Source: the human T2T-CHM13v2.0 reference genome, Homo sapiens
Reading direction: 5' to 3' (one strand)
DNA length: 64,000 nucleotides
Assembly: GCF_009914755.1 (NCBI RefSeq)
Contig: NC_060937.1
The notes beneath the pieces were generated by a model that had not been told where the DNA came from, made no database searches, and saw nothing but the letters and a program-made list of their open reading frames with translations. A program made the translations under genes and the position numbers. Every line of letters begins with the position of its first letter. Position 1 is the first letter of the stretch. Below, in pieces: positions 12,545-27,363 of the stretch.

Positions 12545-14310
12545 TAGAAGGAATGTACCTCACGTTAATGGACACACGATAAGCCCATAGCTACTGAAAG
12601 CTTTTTTTTCTCCTAAGGGGAACAATGCAAGAATGCTCACTCTTACCACTTCTATGTAACATAGTACTAGAAGTCCTAGCTAGAGAATTAGGCAAAAATT
12701 AAAAAAAAGATAAACAGCATCCCAGTAGGAAATAAAGAAGTAAAATTATCTCTGCAGATAACATAATACACGTAGAAAATCCTAAAATCTCAACAAAAAC
12801 TGTTAGAACTAATACATTTAATACAATGGCAGGATATAAAATCAATATACAAAAATTGTGGCATTTTTATACACTAAGAATAAACTATCCAGAAAGCAAA
12901 AGAAAAGGCTCTCATTTACAATAGCAACAAAAATAATAAAATACTTAGGCAAAAACTTACTGAAAGGGATGAAAGTCGTGTACACTGAAAACTATAAAAC
13001 ATTGATTAAGGAAATTAAAGAAGACATAGATAAATGAGGATAACTCATGTTCATGGACTGGAGAATTAATATTGTTAAAATGTCCATACTACTCAAAATG
13101 TTCTACAGATTCAATGCAATACCTATCAAAATTCCAATGGCATTCTTTATGGAAATAGAAAAAAATTCCTAAAATTCATATAAACTGCAAAAGACCCCAA
13201 GTAGCCAAAGCAATCTTGAGGAAGAAGGAACAAGCTGGAGGCATCATACTTTATGATTTCAAAATATTTTACAGGGGTACAGAAATCAAAACAGTATGGT
13301 ACTGGCATAAACCAAACATATAGATCAATGGAACAAAATAGAGATGCCAGAAATATATCCAAACATTTATGGTCAACTGATCTTCCACCAGGGTGCCAAG
13401 AACACACTATGGGGAAAGGACAGTCTCTTCAATAAAGGTGCTGGGAAACTGAATACCCACATGCAGAAGAATAAAATTGGATCTTCATTTCACACCATAT
13501 ACAAAAATCAACTCAAAATGGATTAAAGGCAAATATAAGATCTGAAACTGTGAAACTACTAACAAGGGAAAAAATATTTTTGACATTGATTTGGTAAAGA
13601 TTTTTTGGCTGTGACAGCAAAAGTACAGGAAAAAAGAGAATTGATAAGTGGAATTCCAACAAACTAAAATTGATAAGTACTATTCCAATAAACTAAAAAG
13701 CTTCTGCATACCAAAAGCAACAATCAACAGAGTGAAAAGATAACCTAAGAAATGGGAAAAAATATTTGCAAATCATACATGTGGTAAGTGTTAATATTCA
13801 AAATATATAAGCAGTTCGAACAACTCAATCAAAAAAAAACTCAGTTAAAACTGGGGGAAAAACCTGAATAGATATTTATCCAAAGAAGACATACAAATGG
13901 ACAATAAATAAATGAAAAAGTGCTCAAAATCACAAATCATCAGGAAAATGCAAGTCGAAATTACCATGAACTATCACCTCACATCTGTTAGAATGACCAT
14001 TATCAAAATTACAAGGAATAAAAATTGTTTGCAAGGGTGTGGAGAAAAGTGAACCCTTGCACACTGTTGGTGATGCTGTAAATTGGTACAGTCAATATGG
14101 AAAACAGCATGCAGATTCCTCAAAAAATTAAAAATTGAAGTACCATATGATCCAGCAATCATCCACTTCTGGATGTAATCCAAAGGAAATGGAATTTGGA
14201 TTTCAAAGAGATATCTCCCCTTCAATGTTCACTGTAGCATTATTCACAATGGCAAATATATGGAAACAACTTAAATAACCATCAACAGATGGCTGGATAA
14301 GGCAAATGTG

Positions 14311-14312
<2 letters not shown>

Positions 14313-14369
<57 letters not shown>
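14313..14369. repeat. (TG)n(TA)n microsatellite inside L1
   Basis: Read directly from the sequence. Confidence 0.95.
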
Positions 14370-15949
14370 CAGAGATATGTATTTATGTTTATATATATAA
14401 CATTATTGAGGCTTAAAAAGAAGAAAATCCTGCCATTTTTAGCAACATGGATGAACATGGAAGACATTATGCTAAGTGAAATAAGCCAGACACAGAAAGA
14501 TAAGTACTGCATGATCTCATTTACATGTGGAATCTAAACAGTCAAACTCATAGAAGAAGAAAGTAGCACGTTGGTTGCCAGGGGTTGGGGCAGGGGGAAA
14601 TGGTGAGATGTTGGTCAAAGAATACAAGTTTCCAGTTATGCAAGATGAATGAGTTCTGATCTAATATACAGGAGGGTGATTATAGTTTACAGTATTATAT
14701 TGTATATTTGAAATTTTCTAAGAGGGTAGATCTTAAATATTCTTACCACACCCATAGAAAAGGAAAGAAAATGGTAACTCTGTGACGTGATAGACATATG
14801 AATTAGCTTTATGGTGATGATCATTTCAGAATGTATACATATATCAAAACATTAAGTTGTACACCTTAAATATATAATTCCTACATGTCAATTAGACCTC
14901 AATACAACTGAACATTATTTTAAGAAAGAAACCAACATATTATCCATCCAAAGACCAAATAACCAGTATTTTGAGAAACTTGTACTGTACAAATCTGAAT
15001 AGTTTTTATTGTTCTTGAATCAATGCCTTCAGGCATGCTATGTCAAATTCCTTTTCTTAAGGACACTGTGGGGAAATTCCATTAATTTTCAGTCACTTTT
15101 GGTAATTAACAATCCAGCCCAATGTTAATATTTCAATTGGACACTCTGTTTAAAGCTTTCCCCCAATCCACTCAACATAGACCAGACCTGAGCTGGAGAA
15201 ACCTGAAAGGACAAGAGGAGGATGAAGAATACTCCTCCACTCCCCATTTTTTCCCTCTTTCTTGTAGATCCATCTACTCCAGCACTGGAAGCAGACAGAA
15301 GGAAATACAAGAAAAGATACTTATCCTTTATTTATTGTGACACTGTCATAATCCTCATTTATTTGTTGTGAGCCTTTTTTGGCTAATATGAGTGGCTATA
15401 GATTTCTTTTGTGTCTCAAGAGCCTAAATGCTAGCCTACCAATAATAAACTATACATGAGGCTCTGGGAGAGTCTACTTTGTGTTCAAGTCTGACTTTGG
15501 CTCAACCTTTACCACTGTCTCCATAGTGTATTTAATAGCATCTTGTTGCTGGGATCTCCTCAACCAAAAGAGGGCTGGCCTGGAGAGCTGATCATAGCCA
15601 AACAGCTCAAGCCTAGATACCCCCCAGAGTGCCCTGGACACACAGGATACTTCGTCTCCTTGCCACATCAAATAGAGAAAGAGTAGGGTGCTTTCCCACA
15701 AGTCCTTCCAACTCCATCATATTCTTCTGATCCTCTTATCACTGTTTAAGGAGGAGTGCACTTGTGGTGTCTAAACAAATGGCCACCTAGGAGTGTCAGA
15801 TTCCTTCCTGTAAGCACTCTCTGTCATGTAATTCTCTCCTAGCATTTCCTTAAAATTTGACTTTGGGTTGGATTAGGAAATAGCTTCCTACCACCAATAT
15901 AAGCTGGAGGCTGTCTATGGTGATTTTTCTTCTCCACATCCTTCTGGTT

Positions 15950-18070
15950 ACAGAGAGAGACTGCAAATAATAAAAACTATATATCACTAAAATTAGGAAA
16001 GAGAGGAGAAAGAATGCAGAAGATAACATAAGTGTTATGTTGTCTTCATTGTGAAGAAACAGCGGACAAAAGGCAGACGTTTAAGTTGCTAATTAAAGTT
16101 AGAGATATGAGTATATATAAGTAAAAAATAAAAATACCAAGAAAATGGTAAAATATAATATAAAAATAATGTTAAATAGTGAAAAGAGGAAGGGAAGGAA
16201 CAGGCAATAAAAATGTGCTTATTTCATTAATGTTCATACTGGCTGCAGAAATAGAAGTTTATGTACATAAAGTTATAGATATACAAGTAATATCTGAAGT
16301 GTAATAAAAATATCAACATTCTAAATTACAAGCCGACAGATAGCAGATAAAGAAAACCATACCATGTAATAAAAGTTGAAAAACAAAAGAAACATAAAAA
16401 CAGAACATTTAACATAATATATGAAGACTGATACAAAACAACTATATCATGTCAATTAATATAAGTGGGCTAAAACTTCACTTTTTAAATGAGAAAAACA
16501 AAATCAAATACTTTCGGTTTACAGTCTATCTCCAGCCACCAAATAAAAAGATACTCAGAAAAGTTGAAAATAAAAAGATGAGCAAAAACCAAAAACAATC
16601 AAATAAAACAGGTGAATAGCACAAAAAAGCAATAATCACAATCTTATCAGAAAAGATTGACAAATAAAGTCACTTTATAATGATAAATGGTACATTTCAT
16701 AATAGAAATCAAATAATTATAAAATTTTCTTCTCCAAATAACAGTAATATAAAAATAGAGTCAACCACAATGATAAAAACACAATCTAAACATATTAGTA
16801 ACAGTAAAAATCTAATTTACCTCTCTCAATTCTTAAAAGTTAAAGTGAATAAATGTACATAAAGGGTGGGAGACCTAAATAAATACAAGCATATTGTGAT
16901 AATTATGTATTTAACTCTGTATCCTAAAAAAAGAATATCTTCTTAAGTGCTGGTGGAATATTTATAAAAATTGACCATATATTCAGGAACAATGTAAGCA
17001 TCATCAAATTCCAATACTCTGTGATCACAAAACAGAAAAAACCTCACAAAACTGAATGTGAAAATAAACAGTAAGAAAATAACAAAAATGTTCCATAACA
17101 AAAGATTTGAGATCACTCAAAATCAATGTTAAAAGAAAATTAGAAAAATCCATTGTCTTTAAAAGACACATCAATTTATCAGGTAGAATAAAAATAAATT
17201 AGTCATTGAGCTAAGTAAGTTTTAAAAAGACATAGAAAAACATTTAAAAAGAACCCAAGAAAAGTAGAAGAAAAATTAATAAAAGCAACAAGAAGAAATG
17301 TATCAATTATCAAGCAGAAAGCAGTAGGACTAGTGAATAAATTTAAAGGCATGAATATTAGAAGAAAGCACAATAAAAGAAATGTTTACCAAAAAATTCT
17401 CAAAAAAAAGGGCTAGAGAACATATATAATAAATAAGAAATAAGAATGGGGAACTAACCACCTAAAGATAGAACATTAAGATATTCCTGTGAGATGATTT
17501 TAACTGCACAAATAAGCTTGAAAATATACATGAAATAGATAATCTCCCAGGTAATTATAACTTTCTAAACTGGCCAAAGATGAAATAGAGAATCTAAAAG
17601 AACAATACCGTATGAAAATCAGAGGATTGCTAGAGTGTCCTTTTCAAAAGGATAGCCATGGAGAGTTACAAATGCTATTTAAACTGTTCTAATGCTGTTT
17701 AAACTGTTCTGGTGCATATAAAAGGAAGAAAAGTTTTCTAATTATTATTTAATAAAATGAGCATAAAAGTGATAGTATTAAAACTTGAAAAAATAGTCCT
17801 CCAAGGAAAATTATTAGACAAATCTCAAATATAAACCAACATAATTTAAGAGCAAATATTAACTAATCAAAAGATACCTATTAGTTGAAAGAGACGTACA
17901 CCATGACCAGATGTGATTTGTGAAATAAATGTAACTTTGACACTGAGAAATGTGTTAATACAGTTTATCATGTTTTATAATATAAAGTTTTAAAATAACT
18001 TCCTTATATGTTGCGAAGACATTTAGAAAAATTGAACAATCTTAAAAACCAAAAACCTCATTAAAATAGG
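15950..18070 (+). mobile_element. Ancient, highly decayed L1 (L1M/L1ME class), inter-ORF region and ORF2 5' half
   Basis: A-rich strand bias, an ORF2-start-like aatataagtgggctaaa, and aaaattgaccatatatt and caccatgaccagatgtgattt motifs. Confidence 0.7.
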
Positions 18071-18097
18071 ACTGTCTCTGTACATCCCAAAGAGATT

Positions 18098-18117
18098 GTC
18101 TCTCTCCCTCCCTCCCC

Positions 18118-18164
<47 letters not shown>

Positions 18165-18186
18165 ACTTTTCTCTCTTTCCTTTCTC
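18098..18186. repeat. (TC)n pyrimidine microsatellite
   Basis: Read directly from the sequence. Confidence 0.9.
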
Positions 18187-19059
18187 CATAGGGAGATACA
18201 AGAAGTCTCTACAGGGGATAAAACATGTACCCTAAGATAGAGATATAAGAGATTAATTGTGGGATATGATTTGCATACATACATAACTTCAACCCCGATA
18301 ATGCAAGGTAATTAGCTCATCATATCTTATCTGTAGTTGATTCTACTACGTAAAATAAGTTAAATATATCAGTACTTTAGTGTTGAACTGGTAGGGTTTG
18401 TGTAAGGCAATTGAGCAAGATGTTTGATGGAAACACATCATTTGGAAGAAAATTATGAAACAAATACAAAAGTTTACTAATTACTGGTAGAGCTCACTCT
18501 CTTATAATCCAGACTGAGAAAAATAGTATAGCATGAAATTGCTTTACACGTCTGTCAAAAGCAAACTAAAATGATTACATTTGATTTCATGCTGTTTTAA
18601 ACATAGAGATTTTTTTTCTTCTAGAATCATAATCTTATTGCTGTGACAGCATGATACCAGTTCTACTTTAATGTAATGTAAAAAATAAAGAATAAGTTAA
18701 ATGTTATCAAAAACAAGAAATTTTTTCAAATAATTGAATTGGACAGGAATGAAAAGAACAAGACACTAAATAATAAAAATATTATAGATGATGTCCACAT
18801 ACACAAGCAGTCAGTATGTAAGAATTCTTCGCATCATATGTTGCGTAGAAAGATGTCATCTCTGAGTAGTATATAACACATTTTAACATCATAATCACAG
18901 CTTAATAGTTTAATATAACTGTACACACTTCTAGAAATATATAAAGTAGCATTTCTTCTTTAAGATTTCTGTAGCACCAACTAATCCTCTTCCAGGCAAA
19001 GCTCTGATTCTAATTTATTTTTATCTAGAATTGAGAAACATAAAGTGGTGAGAAATATA

Positions 19060-19910
19060 CCATGAAATGGAAATAAATGTGCCGGATTGCTAGAGGTGCA
19101 GATTTGGTGCCATATAAAGTGCTGAAGTGGGAAAGGAAGCCTTCACAGAGCATATAATGATGGATCTTTATCATCAAAGGGGAGTCAGTCCTCTTTCAAT
19201 AAGAGTCATCCATGCATCAGTCAGAGGGAAACAGAAAGGCATTATCGGGAAAGTGAGCAGAAGCATAGAGGTGTGAAATAGGCTGGCTTGTCACGGGCAC
19301 TGCAGGTAGTTTTGTACAAAAAGAATAGAGTCTAAGAAATGATGCAGTGAAAGACAAGATGGAGGAGCAGATAAGAGTGAGAGGGTCTTTGGTGCCATAC
19401 CAAGAATTATGAACTTCATTCAGAGAAAAATGTGTAATAAATGATTTTAACCTGGATGGGATGTAATATTAGGATTTAGAAGGTCGATTTGATGATAGAA
19501 TAGAGGATGGATAGCAGAAGTGTGAGATTAGAGGAAAAATGGCCTGTCAGGAAATCACTCCAAGAAATGATGAATACTTGAACTAAGGCAATAGAAATTA
19601 AGGTGCAGAGAAAAACTCACGTATAGGTTATGCTGTGGATATGCAATCTACAGAACTTGGCAGCTGATGGAATACTAGGAGAATATTCTAAAGTGTAATC
19701 CAGATTTCTGTCTTGGGTGATCGGACGGATGAGGGTCTTCATTAATATCAGGAATAAGTTGGTTCTGGAGAAAACAGGTGAGCTTTTTCAGTCAAGTAAT
19801 AAGAAGGGTGTGAGGCACCAGTGAGGAAGTTGGAGCTCAGTAGGGAGATGAGACTGTGAGAGAGATGTGTTTATTTGAAGACACAGATGGGAATCACAGA
19901 ATTTATCAAT
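19060..19910 (-). mobile_element. L2 LINE fragment
   Basis: Purine-rich antisense L2 motifs (ttgaactaaggcaataga, ccagatttctgtcttgggtga, ggagctcagtagggagatg). Confidence 0.7.
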
Positions 19911-20079
19911 AAGTACTTTATAAATGACAAAAGCTGGAAAACAGCATTATTGCTCTGAATGTTCAGAGTGCCATGATTGTCCTTATCTAAATGTGTGTTC
20001 TTGGAGGTCTTCGTTGTAGGACTCATTTACCCGCTGTCTATGTCTCCACCTTTTATTTCTCCCAACTTCCCTTTTTGCA

Positions 20080-20500
20080 TTCTGCTCCAGCCACACTGGC
20101 ATATTTTTTTACAGCTTTTCAAGCAATGTTTTGTTGGTTACAAAAATCTTCCCATTCCATTTGCCTGGAATTCCCCATGTTTTCCACCCCCATCCACCAA
20201 ACCAAACCTTTCACATCCCAACCCTTTCTCATGCCCTCAGTGAAAGTCACCTTACTTGATATTACAGTTCAGTGTAGGTTCTTCCACCCTGTTATTTCAA
20301 GTCCTTGATTATTTCATTCACCACCTACATTTATAAGAATTTACTTTTACAAATATCCTTCCCCTTATTAGACCAGATAATATACTGCATTAGGCAGGAG
20401 CCTGCTCTCCTTTATACCATTTTATCTTGAAGCCTTAGAGCAGTGCTGGGCACATGAAAGCAATTCAAGAAATACTGTTGCATGAAGGAATAAAGGAATG
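20080..20500 (+). mobile_element. L2 3' end
   Basis: ctccagccacactggc...cagtgctgggcacatg...caagaaatactgttgcatgaaggaat. Confidence 0.75.
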
Positions 20501-20689
20501 AGGAAATAATCATGAATCTAATCATTATAGAGGACAAAAAGGTGCAGATCATGAAATTTTCTTGGCTTAATTCAGGTGTCCCTCTACCAAATAGCTAAAT
20601 GCCTGATTGATAGATCTCCATTTTTCTCTGTGCAATAAATAGCTCAACATGTAGCCCTGCGTGAGACTGGGAAAGACCCACAGGCTCTC

Positions 20690-20835
20690 CTAGGTTCAAA
20701 TGCCAGATCTGAGATTTGGGTTGTGTGACCTTGAACTAATCACTCATTTATCCAAGTTTCAACTTTCTTATCCTCAAATAGTATAAATAATACCTATCTC
20801 ATGGGTTCAAGGTATACAGTAAATGATAAAATGAT
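20690..20835 (+). mobile_element. MIR SINE
   Basis: ggttcaaatgccag...tgtgtgaccttgaac...taatacctatctcatgggtt. Confidence 0.7.
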
Positions 20836-20939
20836 ATAATTCCTATCCAGATCCTGACTCTCAGGTACTAGGGGTGACTAGCATTCTGTGCACACACCTG
20901 ACGCAAATAAACTGCAACTTTCTATAACAGGTGACAGTG

Positions 20940-21280
20940 ATTTTTTTCTAATTTTAAATATTAAAAACTACCAATATAGGCAAAATTAGAGAAAATATGT
21001 GATGAATCACCATGCACCTACCAACCAACTTCAACACATATCAGATCACAGTAAAGGTTATTTCATCTATAACCCACCTACTTCACCTCTTTTAGATTAT
21101 TTAAAGCAAATTTCAGATATGAGATCATTTTATACAAGTTTTTAGATATATGTATACAACATGTTATAGTTTTAACATATCCACAATATCACTTCATATT
21201 TTAAAATAACAATAATTTCTTAATATAATCAAATATTCAGTCAGGATGGTCAGTATTTAAATGTTCTCAGTTGTAATCAC
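20940..21280 (-). mobile_element. Old L1 (L1MC/ME) 3' end
   Basis: caaaattagagaaaata...atgaatcaccatgcacctaccaaccaacttcaaca resembles an antisense L1MC 3' UTR. Confidence 0.55.
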
Positions 21281-21334
21281 ACCCACATATACATAGCTGT
21301 TGCTACTGGGTGTAGAATAGGGTTTCTTTATTCT

Positions 21335-23220
21335 TTTTTTCTCTGCTTTATTGAGGTATAATTGACAAATTAAAATTGTATATATTCAAGGTGTACAACA
21401 TACCATTGTGTAACGATTATCATAATTGAATTAATGTATCCATCAACACACATAGTTATCATTTGTGTGTGTAGGGGAGTGAGACACAAAATATGCTCTC
21501 ATCAATTTTAAATACACAATACAGTATTATTAACTATAATCACCATGCTACACTATAGATCCCCAAAACCTATTCATGTAACTAAAGGATTATACCCTTT
21601 GATCAACATCTCCCCATTTCACTCTCCTCTTGGCCTCTGGAAACCACCATTCTACTATCTTCTTCCTTGAGTTTGATTTTTATATTTTGATTTATATGTT
21701 TAATGATATGGATACATACTAGTTATACATATTTATGAGGTACATGTGATATTGTGATACAAGCATACAATGTGTGATGGTAATGATCACATTAGGATAA
21801 TTGCATTAATCACTTCTTTGTGTTAGGAACATTCCAATCTACTCTTTTAGTTATTTTGAAATATACAATCAGTTGTTGTTAATTATAGCCACCCTATTGT
21901 GCTACCAAACACAATCTTATTCCTTCTCTCTAACTGTATTTTTGTACCTGTTAACCCTCTCGACTATCCTTCCCACCCTCAGGTAACCATCAGTCCATCC
22001 AACATCTCCACGAGTCCAGTGTTTTTTTTAGCTCCCACATGTTAGTGATAACATGCAATATTTGTCTTTCTGTGCCTGGCTTATTTTACTTAGCAATGTA
22101 TTCTTCAAGTTCATCCATATTATCACTAATGACGGTATTTCCTTCTTTTTATGGCAGAATAATATTCCATTGTGTATACGTACACCAAAATACCTGTATC
22201 CACTCATTTGTTGACAGACACTTAGGTTGTTTCTATAATCTTGGCTATTATGCAATGAACCTTGGAGTGCAGATGTCTCTTTGAGATACTGATTTCATTT
22301 CCTTTAGACACATACCCAGAAATGGGGTTGCTGGATCATATGGTAGTTCTATTTTTAATTTTCAGAAGAACCTCTATACTGTTTTTCATAACAGCTATAC
22401 TAATTTATAATCCCATCAACAGTGAACAAGGGTACTCTTTCCTCCATGCCCTGACCAACACTTATCTTTTTTCTTTTTATAATAATCATTCTAACAGCTG
22501 TGATGTGAGATCTCATTGTGGTTTTGATTTGCATTTCCCTGATGATTAGTGATGCTGAGCATTTTTAATATACTTGTTGGCCATCTATATATCTTCTTTG
22601 GAAAAAATATCTATTAAGGTCCTTTGCCTATTTTTAAATCAGATTATTTATTGTAGGGTTTTGTTTGCTGTTTTTCACTTTCTTTGCTATTGAGTTGAAT
22701 GAATTCCTTATACATTTTGGATTTTAACACTTTCCTGGATACACGGTTTGCAGATATTTTCTTCCATCCCTTAGGTTGCCTTTTCACTCTGTTGATCATT
22801 TCCTTTGCTGTGTAGAAGCTTTGTATCTTGATTAAATCCTATTTGTCTATTTTTGCTTTTGTTTCCTGTGTTTTTGGTGTCATAGCCAAAATAACATGGA
22901 AATTTTTTAAAGGAGATTTTTCCCTGTGTATCTTCTAGGAGTTTTATGGTTAAAGGTCTTACATTCAAGTTTTCAGTCCACTACAAAGTAATTTTTTGTA
23001 TATGGTGTAAGGGTCCAATTGCATTCTTTTGCATGTGGTCATCCAATTTTCCCATCACCATTTATTGAAGAGACTATTCTTTTCCCGCTGTATGTTCTTG
23101 GCAGTCTTTTCAAAGATTAGTTGACTATATATGCTTATGTTTATTTCTGGGCTCTCTCTTCAGTTCCATTGTTCTGTTTGTCTCTTTTTATGCAAAACCA
23201 CACTGTTGTGATTACTATCA
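21335..23220 (-). mobile_element. L1MA composite: one 3' UTR (about 21335-21685), then a second L1MA 3' UTR continuing into ORF2
   Basis: tttattgaggtataattgacaaat... followed by catatttatgaggtacatgtgatatt.... ORF2 C-terminal remnant SQAQKDKYCMLSLTCGS on the minus strand. Confidence 0.88.
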
Positions 23221-23854
23221 AGCAGTGTTTTTCCATTTATATCTTTTCAAGTTAAAGGAACAATGGCCTTCAGTTGAGGCACAAATCATCTTGATACATC
23301 TTCACAGGGAAGAAACTGTAGTTTGAGTAAATAGCAGCCTCACCACACAGCTATACTCTGATCTCCTGTTTAGGCTCCTGACTGGCTGAAGCTAATTGGA
23401 AGCCCCAGAACATGAAAATCCTGTTGATATATTTCATACAGGTCAATTACACTGAGTAAAGAGCAGGGTTGAAAGTGGGGAAAAATAGATCTATAGGCAC
23501 AAACAAATATATTAGCATACCAGCAACCTATGCAACCATTCCAGAATTTGCACAAACATGCAAATACATACACACATTTTCTTCTTCACTAAACTATTAC
23601 TCATACATCGCAAACACTGTTATGAACCTGTACATTGACACAATGAAGTACTCAAGAACACATAGATTAAAGTAAGTGGGTAGTGGGAACAATTAAGAAG
23701 AAAGATTATGAAGTAGAATTTTTAAGAAATGGAAAATAATGTGAAATTTCAGCTTCATCACCTCAATGAAACATGATTACTTTCTGCAAAAGACTATGTG
23801 AATTGATTTTCTCTAAAACATTCTTGATTTCATTCTCTTTTTTCCTTTCTCTAC

Positions 23855-24280
23855 TAGAAAGCCTGGAAAGCCCAAAATACTCACTTATCCAGACTCTGTT
23901 GCAGCTAGGTATGGTCATGTGACATGAGTTTGGTCAGTGAGAAATAAGTAGCAGAAATTAGGTAAGAATTTTGATAAATTTTTAAATAGAAGAGGCAACT
24001 CTCACATCTATTCTTTAACATTTTTTTCTTTTCTCCTCTTCTTGCCTGGCCAGCCGATGCAATGCTTAGAGACACAGCAAACATATTGCATGCATTAGGA
24101 TGAAAGCCTCCCACTGAGGGTAGTGGAGCCAAAAGAATGGAGGAGCCTGGGTTCTGACTGACATCCTTGAGCAATTTCACCACACCTAAGCTGCCACCTC
24201 TTATTTTGAGGAAATAAAAGCCCTTATCTATTTAAGCTGGTGGTAGATCTACATTGTGTCACTTGAAGTGAAAAACGTAA
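23855..24280 (+). mobile_element. Old MaLR LTR (MLT1J-like)
   Basis: ttgcagctaggtatggtcatgtgac...ggaggagcctgggttctga...gaaataaaagcccttatctatttaagc. Confidence 0.65.
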
Positions 24281-25739
24281 AAACCTTTCTGGTTGATATG
24301 TTTGCTCTTTGTCTTACTTTTAACAAGAACTGTCCATCAAAAAGATAGGCTCTTGGCAGGTAGCCAGGGGACACTGGGATGCCTCCTAGGTTTTTTATTG
24401 TTTTGGGAGTCTGTTGGCATTCATTCTAGCTATCTGTATTTTAATACTATAGGAAGTGTGACAGAAGATGATTTATTTACTCTGGATTCATTCACTGAAA
24501 TAAAGTTTGGTCTAGGACCCAGATGTCTCTCTTCTTATAGCAACTTTAACTACAGTAGTGATGACTAAAATAGGTACTTGAGTTATCTCCCAAAGGCTAA
24601 AGAGCTAGTTCTGCAAAGAGAAGGCATCAGTATGATTCTCTATCATTTAAGGAAGTAGGGTTTCATATATGAAATTTTTATAAATCTTCCTTTTAAGATG
24701 AGTTGTCACGTGTCTTTTTGCCATCTTCTTTATGTCCTCAGGATTTCTCTCAGTAAAATTAAAGGTGCAGTTCAGTAATATAAGAAAGCCCATAGACTCA
24801 GTGGATAGCAATTCTAGATCTTTCTAATTCAGTTCCTCTTGTCCAGAGTCATCTGACATCTGGTTAAAGACGGTTCCTGAAATAAGTGGAATGCATTTTA
24901 TATTTATTTTTAAAAATATTATTTTAAAATAATTTTAAAATGTGCTTTAGAGTTGCTCAGTTCTCAAAGCTAGAAATTTTATTCTCTCACTTTTGCTTAC
25001 ATTATTGTTTCCATCAGTTTTCATATCTATAACATTTTTTATCTATCCTTTTTCTTTAAAATAAAGTGGCATAGAATAAAAACAGTACATACAGAGGCAA
25101 AGCACTCAGTTTCTACCTTGGCCACAGCATGTCTGATCTTGACAGGGGATCTCAGGAATCCTACTTAGGTGAGGCATAGTACCAGCAGTCTGGTTGGCGA
25201 GGGAGGATGGAAGATTTATTGGCACAATACTTTATATTTATGTTGAAGATTTAGGGAAGAGCTAAGCCCTCCCTATTTCTACTTTGCCCACCATGGATCC
25301 TCCACATCTCCATTTCCTCATCTGTAAAATACAGAGGCTGACTTAAGTATAAGCATTTTAAAATTTGAATTCTTGACTATTTATCATTTTATTCCCTAAC
25401 TTCCATACAGTTTCACCACTTGCATGCTTTTGATTGCAACACTTATTTTCCTGTTGTTGAGCCACTACCCAACGTTCTCTTCCATATATAGTTTCTACTA
25501 TAGCATTGCTATGCTAAAGCCATGCATTCCAGAAAGCTCATTTTATCTCATGTGTTAGTCTGTCTAGAGTATGTATATACTTTTAAATTGTTTTATAACG
25601 TTGATGAATTCCAGAGAAATTTGTCATATTAATACATTGCACAATGGCTGTAAGGTATGGTTACCCGATTTTCAAGACTAAGAAGTACTTTTAAAGTTAT
25701 ACATTATTAATCTAATAAAACAACCATTTCTTTAGCTTT

Positions 25740-25960
25740 TGTATGTACCAAAGACTATTTCCTGGTGGTTTGCACATATTATATTACTTAATGTTTCCAT
25801 TACGAATATCCCTAGTCAGTAGATCTTATTCCTTTTGTATGGGTGAAAAATCTGAGGTTTAGATGGGTTGACTACCTTATTCAAGGTCACATGGGTAGTC
25901 ACTGGAATAATTCTGATTAAAGTCTGAATCTCCTTGGCTCCAAGTCTATGTTTTCAAACT
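25740..25960 (-). mobile_element. MIR SINE
   Basis: gggtgaaaaatctgaggtttagatgggttgactaccttattcaaggtcaca. Confidence 0.7.
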
Positions 25961-26009
25961 CAGGGTTCTGCTGCCCACTAGACTACACCACTTTTTAATG
26001 CATACATCA

Positions 26010-26320
26010 GCTGGTATCCTTATAAATAAAGGGGAAATTTGGAAACAGATATTCACACAGGGAGAATGCCAGGTGAAGATAAAAGTGTGTGTGAATAAGG
26101 GTAATGCTTCTACAAGCCAAGGAATGCCAAACATTGCCAGCAACCCACCATAAATGAGAGAGCATGAAGCAGATTATCTCTCACAACCCTCAGAAAGAAC
26201 CACCCCTGCCAACACCTCGATCTTGGATTTCAGCCTGCAGAACTGTGAGACAATAGACTTCTGTTGTTTAAGGCACCCAGTTTGTGGTATTTTTCACAGC
26301 TGCCCTAACAAACTAAAATA
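26010..26320 (+). mobile_element. MLT1B-like MaLR LTR, 3' part
   Basis: ctacaagccaaggaatgcc...cctgccaacacctcgatcttggatttcagcctgcagaactgtgagacaata...ccctaacaaactaa. Confidence 0.85.
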
Positions 26321-26979
26321 GAAAGAATGTGTGTTTCTATAGATGGAATACAGTACCACATGTCCTTTACTGTGGTTTAATGAAAAATTCCTAAAATATC
26401 CCTTAGCTCTGAAAGTTTATCCTGTCTTCCATAGACAAAGCCTTTTTTTTTTTCTATCATTATCATACTTTTGCATTTTAAAGCTGGTGTTTGGGTTATT
26501 TAGCCATCTGGGCACCACAAAGATCAACTTCTTTCCAACTTGAATAGACACTACTGTTATGGCTTTCTAAGTCTCAAGAGGAAAAAGGCTAGAAAAAAAC
26601 AAAACAAAAAAACCTTGTGTTCCCACAGTGACTTTTCCAAAGAACTTCACACTGATAAAGCATTCTTCATTTTTTAAGATCTCTAGATATGTGTATATAT
26701 ATCTATTTCATAAAGTCTAAGGGTAACTCCTCCTCTGGACAGACTGGGGAACTTAGACTTTTGTGGCCATCACTGCCATTAATATCCTTTTTGTTTCCTT
26801 GCTACTTTTAATCTAGTTACTTGGTATGATGTCTGGCTACGACTATGGAGCTGAAGCCCCATCAGCAGGCCTTCTGTAATGTATAATTAGGACACTCATT
26901 TCCCTTTTAGATAGATGACACATATTATGATTTACTGCGCTTTCAGAAAGAGACAATAAGACTAACAAAATATCAACTC

Positions 26980-27290
26980 TTTTTTTTTTTTTTTTTTTTT
27001 TTTTTGATGAGTCTCACTCTGTTGCTCAGGCTGGAGTACAGTGGCGTGATCTTGGCTCACTGCAATCTCCGCCTTCCCCGTTCAAGCGATTCTCCTGCCT
27101 CAGCCTCCTGAGTAGCTGGGATTACAAGCACCTGCTGCCACACCCGGCTAATTTTTATATTTTTAGTAGAGACGGTGTTTCGCCATGTTGGCCAGGCTGG
27201 TCTCGAACTCCTGACCTTAGGTGATCCACCCACCTCAGCCTCCCAAAGTGCTGAGATTAAGATTACAGGTGAGAGCCACTGCACACAGCC
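26980..27290 (-). mobile_element. Alu (AluSx-like)
   Basis: Poly(T) followed by the antisense Alu dimer, with a small internal gatta duplication. Confidence 0.95.
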
Positions 27291-27363
27291 AACCCTTATT
27301 TTGATTAGAAAACCGATGAAAGTATAATAGAGGTATTACCAACTTACTGTAAAAGGCACAGTA

